The position numbers and the translations under genes were made by a program. The notes beneath the pieces were generated by a model. That model was not told the DNA's origin, did not search any database, and was given only the letters and a program-made list of their open reading frames with translations. Shown here piece by piece: positions 58,401 to 64,000 of a DNA stretch of 64,000 nucleotides (positions are counted from its first letter, which is position 1; each line of letters begins with the position of its first letter). Origin of the DNA: Eukaryota sp. TZLM1-RC (taxonomy: Eukaryota; Protista; Metamonada: BaSk clade); contig JAUPSS010000004.1 in assembly GCA_040285825.1 (NCBI GenBank), forward strand, positions 6,167,784 to 6,231,783. Direction: 5' to 3'.

Positions 58401-58766
58401 TTTGGTTTCAGAATTTGCCACATCATTTTTTCCAACATTGGGGCATGTTCGAGCATTATGTCCTTGTTGTCGACACGTTGAGCGTCTGTTTGAGCGTGGC
58501 TTCGTTTTTGAACAAACTTTGTTTTCATCGTGATTTTCTAAAAATTCTTGATCAGAAATTTTTTTGTCCAAAAATGAAGAGAGAAGAGGTTGAGGAGGAG
58601 AGGTGGAAAGGACGTCTTGAGCATCTTGTTGTCTATCGTTCTTTCTTTTGACTCCATTGCAATCAGAAACTGATTCAGGTATCAACAAGAAAGAATAGAA
58701 GCAATGATCGCAGTTCAGCCAGGTTTTAAGTTAAACGGTTTTATGTAGAGGAAGGAAGAAAAAGAT
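55423..58766 (-). mobile_element. Full-length (3.34 kb) but frameshifted CRE-like family A retrotransposon; imperfect TSD TGCCATGTAA / TGCCATTTAA
   Basis: N-terminal knuckle (TCRQQGHNARTC) and CxxC..CxxC finger, RT (VRPIAV, LDFSNAFN, KQGDPLGP, AYMND), C-terminal knuckle and RLE. TSD at 55413-55422 / 58767-58776. Confidence 0.9.
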
Positions 58767-59323
58767 TGCCATTTAATCAATATTTCTATCAAAATTTCAT
58801 TGTACCTTGAAACTCCAAAAGATTTGTACTCAGATGAGACAATATGAATACCCCATTTGACAAAATTTGTTTAGATACCGTACACATATCAACAGAGAAT
58901 GAACTCAAACAAGAGCCATCACCTGTGATGCTCACACATTGTGTTTTGATTTGGAATAGATACTGTACTTCTGAATTTTTGAATTTTTGAATTTTTGGTT
59001 CTTTACAACATCGTGAACAGTCAATCTAATAGAAGGTTGAATATTGTCAATTCCCAAAAGAATTGTCAAAAAATACAAAAATAATCCATAGAGTAAAACT
59101 AGCAACTGATAAAACACCAACAGAAAAAAAGACGGAATTAGCTTTCACTTATATTTATTCTTATAATTGTTAGGAAATTCCCAACAAGTCAATGCAGTAG
59201 AGAGACATTTACCTTACATAACAAAAACACAGAAAGAAAACACTATACAGAAATAATTTCACAAACACAATTAATTAAAAAACAATTAAATAAAAAATTA
59301 GAAAATTAAGAAAAAACTTAAAA

Positions 59324-61003
59324 TTAAATAAGAATATCTGAATCATCAGTTTCCGTATCATAGTCATAATCATAATATTCATAAATGATTTCCTCCACTT
59401 CTTCAACTTCTGGTTCAATCTTTTTCTCAATTTGAGGTGAGGGAGCATTATCTTCCGTAGAACTTTCTGGAATTTTCCTGGGCCTACCTCTTTTCCGTTT
59501 TTTTGGAATTTCTTCAGTTTTCCTTGGAATTGGGGTCTTTTTCGTTCGAATTTCTTCAGTTTTCTTTGGAATTGGGGTCTTTTTCTTTGGAATTTCTTCA
59601 GTTTTCTTTGGAATAGGAGTCTTTTCCTCTTTTTTCACATTTTTTACTTCTTTATGAACAGGCTCTTTCTGTTTTTCAGCTACCTTCTCTGTTTTTGTTG
59701 GAATCTCCTTCTTTTTTACTGGTCCCAAAGGCATATTTTTTGATTCCAAAAAGGTAGAGACCTTTGATCGCTTTTTTGCTTCTTCATTGATCCTTTTTTC
59801 CTTCAACTGTTCCTTCATTTGCTCAGCCTTGCTTTTCATTATAGGTTTTACAGTGGAGACTCTTGGTTTATAAGGAGGAGACAAAATAACAGGTTTTTCC
59901 AGAGATTTGGATTGGTCAAATGATTGCTTTTCTGATTGAACTTTTGATTGAATAGTGGATGCAGCACTTGATTGATCAAATGATTGCTTTTCTGATTGAA
60001 CTTTTGATTGAATAGTGGATGCAGCACTTGATTGATCAAATGATTGCTTTTCTGATTGAACTTTTGATTGAATAGTGGATGCAGCACTTGATTGATCAAA
60101 TGATTGCTTTTCTGATTGAACTTTTGATTGAATAGTGGATGCAGCACTTGATTGATCAAATGATTGCTTTTCTGATTGAACTTTTGATTGAATAGTGGAG
60201 GGAGCACTTGATTGATCAAATGATTGCTTTTCTGATTGAACTTTTGATTGAAAAGAGGATTGAGCACTTGATTGATCAAATGATTGCTTTTCTGATTGAA
60301 CTTTTGATTGAATAGTGGATTGCCTTTCATTGGGTCGAGGAACAAAGTCCCGGATAGGTCTTGGACCATTCATAGGTGTAGGTACCTTCAACGAAAGCTT
60401 ATCTGGTTGATAATCAACTTTAGGAACCTTTTGGACGACGGAACCATGAAATTTGGAACTCTTCCTTACTTTACCTGCATCTATCAGCTCCCCTAGTTTG
60501 TCTGGGGCAGTCATATCAGGTTCGGGTTCAGAAAAGTGTTTCGCGAATAAAGTTCTGACTGGGACTTGTAAAAGAGACCCAGGGTACACGACCATCGGTT
60601 CTGTACAGTCTTCGTCCCTGAAAGACTTGGTGGGAGGATTGGAGAGGATATTGGCGTTGATGGAGATAGGCTCATGACGATGAAGAGCACGACGGAGTGT
60701 TTCCATGTGTATATCATATCCGGGAACGTTATGCATGTATGCTGCACTGAAAGCCAAAAGTGTTTTGAGTCGGCTAGGGGGTAATTGCCGAGTGACAGGG
60801 ACTTTACGTTGTGCCAGTAGGTCCTCTAATTGGTGAACTACTTGCCTAAATGAGGGTGAAGAGTCGTATTCTCGTAAATACTGAAGAATTAACGAAAATG
60901 ATTGAGAATCATCCACTTGAAATACTATAGGGGGGTCAAAGATGGACCGTTCAGTAGGATTGGGAGGTGTCGCAGAGGAAGGACGGTTACCTTGAGGTGG
61001 CAT
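59324..61003 (-). CDS. Hypothetical 559-aa protein with internal tandem repeats, Lys-rich region and AT-hook (KRKRGRPRK)
   Basis: Uninterrupted ORF; AT-hook core RGRP; acidic/Tyr-rich tail. Confidence 0.7.
   Translation of the reverse strand: MPPQGNRPSSATPPNPTERSIFDPPIVFQVDDSQSFSLILQYLREYDSSPSFRQVVHQLEDLLAQRKVPVTRQLPPSRLKTLLAFSAAYMHNVPGYDIHMETLRRALHRHEPISINANILSNPPTKSFRDEDCTEPMVVYPGSLLQVPVRTLFAKHFSEPEPDMTAPDKLGELIDAGKVRKSSKFHGSVVQKVPKVDYQPDKLSLKVPTPMNGPRPIRDFVPRPNERQSTIQSKVQSEKQSFDQSSAQSSFQSKVQSEKQSFDQSSAPSTIQSKVQSEKQSFDQSSAASTIQSKVQSEKQSFDQSSAASTIQSKVQSEKQSFDQSSAASTIQSKVQSEKQSFDQSSAASTIQSKVQSEKQSFDQSKSLEKPVILSPPYKPRVSTVKPIMKSKAEQMKEQLKEKRINEEAKKRSKVSTFLESKNMPLGPVKKKEIPTKTEKVAEKQKEPVHKEVKNVKKEEKTPIPKKTEEIPKKKTPIPKKTEEIRTKKTPIPRKTEEIPKKRKRGRPRKIPESSTEDNAPSPQIEKKIEPEVEEVEEIIYEYYDYDYDTETDDSDILI
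59911..60320 (-). repeat. About 7 x 60-bp in-frame coding tandem repeat (STIQSKVQSEKQSFDQSSAA)
   Basis: Lines 59941-60121 are identical 60-mers; flanking units carry a few substitutions. Confidence 0.97.
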
Positions 61004-61085
61004 TTCGTTGCAAAAAAATAAAACATTAATGAAACCACCATATCCTCATTAAGCCCTCATTAACCTCCACCATCCACAAACATAG

Positions 61086-62312
61086 ATGTCCACTGAATCA
61101 CTATCATCTCTTTCGTCATTTGGTACATATGGAACCTCAACCTTGGAGGGGTTCAATTCCTCTATTGGTAGTACCTTTTCTGGTTTATCCATGGGATCTA
61201 CCTTTGGAGCCAGCATGATGTCAACAAGCTCAGTAAAATCTATTCGTACAGACCCTCGAAAGTACTCTCAATGGAGCTCATTCAGGAGATTTTGCCATCA
61301 GATAGTAGAACATCGCCATTTTTCAAACATCATCTTGCTCATCATTTTCCTCAATACCATTATTATCACCCTCCAAACCAGCATTGACCAGCAGATTGCC
61401 TTTGGTTTTTGGTTTGATTTATTAGATGCTATTTTTCTAGGAATTTATTTAGCAGAAGCATTTATTAAGCTTTACGTATGGAGAGGTCAATATTTTTCCT
61501 CTGGATGGAATTTGTTTGATTTTTTTATTATTCTGGTCTCTGTGGCTTCTTGGATTCAATTAGGTACAAGTACTGAAGGTACTAACTTGACTATTCTTCG
61601 CCTTGTTCGAGTTTTCAGAGCTATTAGAGCACTTAGAGCCTTGAGATCGGCCAGGGTGGTTAATTTTTTCAGTTCGCTTCGAATAATGGTTAGTTTGGTC
61701 TTGAAATCATTACCAGCTCTTGGTTCAATTGCTTTTTTGTTGGGAATTTTGCTTTTCATTTTTGCAATTATTGGAACTGAATTATATAGAGACATTCAAC
61801 CATTTGGTTTTGGATCATTAGGGGCAACTGCATTCACGTTATTTCAGTTTTTAACCCTTGATGATTGGTTTGAACATTATGAGGAAGTTCAAGATGAAGA
61901 TACGAGAGGGATGGTTATCTTTTGTATCTTGTTTATTTTAGTGGAGACGTTTGTTCTAATTAATCTTTTCGTGGCCGTTATTGTGAATAATTTGGAGGCT
62001 TCTCAGAAGGTGTCTGCTATTCATAGGAAAAAAAGTAAAGAGAAAAAACGATTAAAAAAACTAAGAAAATTAGAAGAAGTTGATATAAACGAATTATTAA
62101 ATGATGAAGATTCTAATTTCAATCAATCAAATTCCAATTCAGTGATTCGTGATTTAGAATTTTATTATGGAAATTCATTGCCTTTAAAAGAAAGGCAACT
62201 ATTATCCCATTATTTAATGTTACTGACAACTGTTGATTCTTTAAAAGAAAGATTGGCACATTCTGAATCATTATTGAACAAGCTTATTGATTTTCAAAAT
62301 AGCAAGAATTAA
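61086..62312 (+). CDS. Single-domain 6-TM voltage-gated cation channel, CatSper-like
   Basis: S4 LRLVRVFRAIRALRALR, pore FQFLTLDDW, S6 INLFVAVIVNN, C-terminal coiled coil. Confidence 0.8.
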   Translation: MSTESLSSLSSFGTYGTSTLEGFNSSIGSTFSGLSMGSTFGASMMSTSSVKSIRTDPRKYSQWSSFRRFCHQIVEHRHFSNIILLIIFLNTIIITLQTSIDQQIAFGFWFDLLDAIFLGIYLAEAFIKLYVWRGQYFSSGWNLFDFFIILVSVASWIQLGTSTEGTNLTILRLVRVFRAIRALRALRSARVVNFFSSLRIMVSLVLKSLPALGSIAFLLGILLFIFAIIGTELYRDIQPFGFGSLGATAFTLFQFLTLDDWFEHYEEVQDEDTRGMVIFCILFILVETFVLINLFVAVIVNNLEASQKVSAIHRKKSKEKKRLKKLRKLEEVDINELLNDEDSNFNQSNSNSVIRDLEFYYGNSLPLKERQLLSHYLMLLTTVDSLKERLAHSESLLNKLIDFQNSKN

Positions 62313-62365
62313 TTAATTTTCATTTATTGCTTTGGTGAATATTTTCAACAGTATAATTACATAAT

Positions 62366-64000
62366 TTACAATGAAATTCCCTTAATAGCAGCATATTTTG
62401 TTATTGTTGTTATAATTTGATTAATAGTAGAGTCATTATTGGCATCTCCCTGCAAAATGGTTACTATTTCTGGTAACAATTCAGGCTGCAGGTACCCTTC
62501 GTAAATCTTTTTTAGTACACCTATGCAACTATTCTTTTTTCCCAATAAATAATCCACATTTGGATCCAATCTACATAAAAGTTCATATGCTTTTGCTGAG
62601 TAAAAGTAAAATTCCAATTTGTAGCAATCATTAGCAATTAACGTTAAATAATACATTGAATCCACACTCTCTGCAACTTGAACAGCTTCGTGGTAGAATT
62701 TCCAAGCCTGATCAGGTTTTCCATTTTGAATAAATGATTTAATTAACCATGAACAATAATTAGGGTTTAATTTCAACTCTAAATCAGTTATACTGAGGAA
62801 GGCTTCCTCTGCTTCCTTGAAATTTCCAGTTGCAGCCAAAGTGATTCCATAATTAAAATTAAAATCATCATCATTAGGAAAGAAATCAGAAATACTTTTA
62901 AGATAAATCAACACGTCATCATATTGACCATTCAAGAAATACGCCATAGACATCGCCTGTCTTCCTTGAATAGTATCACATTCAGTTTCCGAAGTTCCGA
63001 CCAGTTGAAAATATTGGGCAGCTATATTCAAATGCTCTTCGCTGGAAGTCTCTTGACCGACTGCTAGGCAAATGAGCCCTTTTAAAACAAATTCATAAGG
63101 CCTTAATGGCTCGTATTCTCGTAGTAATTCATAAGCTTCGGAATAGTCTCCCGCTTTTAAATAAAAAACTGCAAGATTTAATTTAGCTTCAGGAACATCA
63201 TGTACTAGCTTGGGCAGCACCCTGAGAGCACCTTCTCCATTTTTAAAAACTACTATATTATGAAATAGCAAAGCATTCAAAAGTAATTGGGCAGGTGAGT
63301 TATTATTACTAATTAGAGAACTTAAATGATCCAAATACCCATCAATTGAGTCTGAAACCCCTATTTGTTCTAATAAAGGTTGCAACTCCTGGAGAGCTGC
63401 ATCACCTGAATACAACCTGTAAGCACAACAAGCTCTAAGATTGGTTGCAATTATGGAATTTGGATAGCATCTAAGGTATGGTGTTAAGGATTCTACTGCT
63501 GCCTCAAAGTTATCAGATGAGTAATATGATAGAGCAGCATAGACCACCAGACAGAGGGCGTTTGGGTGGCTTGAGACAAGATCTTTGAATGATTCAAGTG
63601 CTTCTGAATGCTGAGATCTGAGGTGACGGACACAGGCAAGGGAGAGATGGTCGTGGAGATCATCAGTTAACGAATTAAGGTATTGTAGAAGTTTGGTTTC
63701 ATCACCAGTCTTTTGAGCACATTGGAAGAGGAGTCTAGTGCGGAGAGGGGAAGATGAACACTGAAGGGCAGTGTCCTGGGCTGCTTCTATGTCATTGAGA
63801 TGGAAGAAACAGCAAGCTGCAAGAAGGTTGAGGGTGGAGTCCTTTTTGGCAAGATCCTGATAGATTTCAAGCGCATCTGCATATTCACTGTTGTGGAAGT
63901 GGCAATAAGCAAGCCATAAAAGACGGTCTTCTTCTGGAACATGTTCAGAGTCTTCATCTGTCAAAAGAGAACCTCTTTCTTCAAGAAAACGTAGGTAACA
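62366..64000 (-). CDS. IFT56: Intraflagellar transport protein IFT56 (TTC26/DYF-13); 5' end beyond window
   Basis: TPR protein with HNIVVFKNGEGALRVLP, PEAKLNL, FQLVGTSETECDTIQGRQ, LIANDCY; frame is open to the window edge. Confidence 0.9.
   Translation of the reverse strand, partial: CYLRFLEERGSLLTDEDSEHVPEEDRLLWLAYCHFHNSEYADALEIYQDLAKKDSTLNLLAACCFFHLNDIEAAQDTALQCSSSPLRTRLLFQCAQKTGDETKLLQYLNSLTDDLHDHLSLACVRHLRSQHSEALESFKDLVSSHPNALCLVVYAALSYYSSDNFEAAVESLTPYLRCYPNSIIATNLRACCAYRLYSGDAALQELQPLLEQIGVSDSIDGYLDHLSSLISNNNSPAQLLLNALLFHNIVVFKNGEGALRVLPKLVHDVPEAKLNLAVFYLKAGDYSEAYELLREYEPLRPYEFVLKGLICLAVGQETSSEEHLNIAAQYFQLVGTSETECDTIQGRQAMSMAYFLNGQYDDVLIYLKSISDFFPNDDDFNFNYGITLAATGNFKEAEEAFLSITDLELKLNPNYCSWLIKSFIQNGKPDQAWKFYHEAVQVAESVDSMYYLTLIANDCYKLEFYFYSAKAYELLCRLDPNVDYLLGKKNSCIGVLKKIYEGYLQPELLPEIVTILQGDANNDSTINQIITTITKYAAIKGISL

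Noticed and set aside
59911-60320. Regular 60-bp repeats resembling a CRISPR array
   Set aside because: No unique spacers; units are head-to-tail and in frame within a CDS.
794-61795. Numerous short antisense or alternate-frame ORFs in the track (e.g. 794, 22349, 51789, 59848, 61556)
   Set aside because: Shadows of real CDSs or repeats, with no independent motifs.

Overview
AT-rich, gene-dense genomic DNA from a flagellated unicellular eukaryote. It uses the standard genetic code and has 26-37 nt spliceosomal introns whose branch A usually sits at -7 from the 3' splice site, a metamonad-like arrangement (the taxon is an inference). About 16 host genes are present: LBP/BPI, SMG1-like PIKK, GH13 amylase, CEP120-like, cathepsin B, SmB, RPC5, Nup35, PIG-T-like, kinesin-1, sugar porter, CCP5, SSSCA1-like, an AT-hook repeat protein, a CatSper-like channel and IFT56. 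There is also one disrupted secreted repeat-protein gene. The genes are separated by islands of decayed mobile DNA of two kinds: (i) at least four families of CRE-like RT+RLE non-LTR retrotransposons, with clear target-site duplications, nesting and one full-length 3.3 kb copy; (ii) seven remnants of Fanzor (eukaryotic TnpB-like RNA-guided nuclease) genes from about 5-6 families. Most notable observations: every Fanzor locus points into the 5' end of a co-oriented host gene; a 2A/StopGo motif (GDVEVNPGP) lies at the N-terminus of one Fanzor; another Fanzor has a C-terminal CCHC knuckle; hairpins follow three Fanzor stop codons (candidate omegaRNAs); a shared ~25-nt motif abuts three ATGs; and one intron is probably GT-AT. 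No Fanzor or retroelement ORF in the window is fully intact. Mobile-element boundaries without a TSD are approximate.
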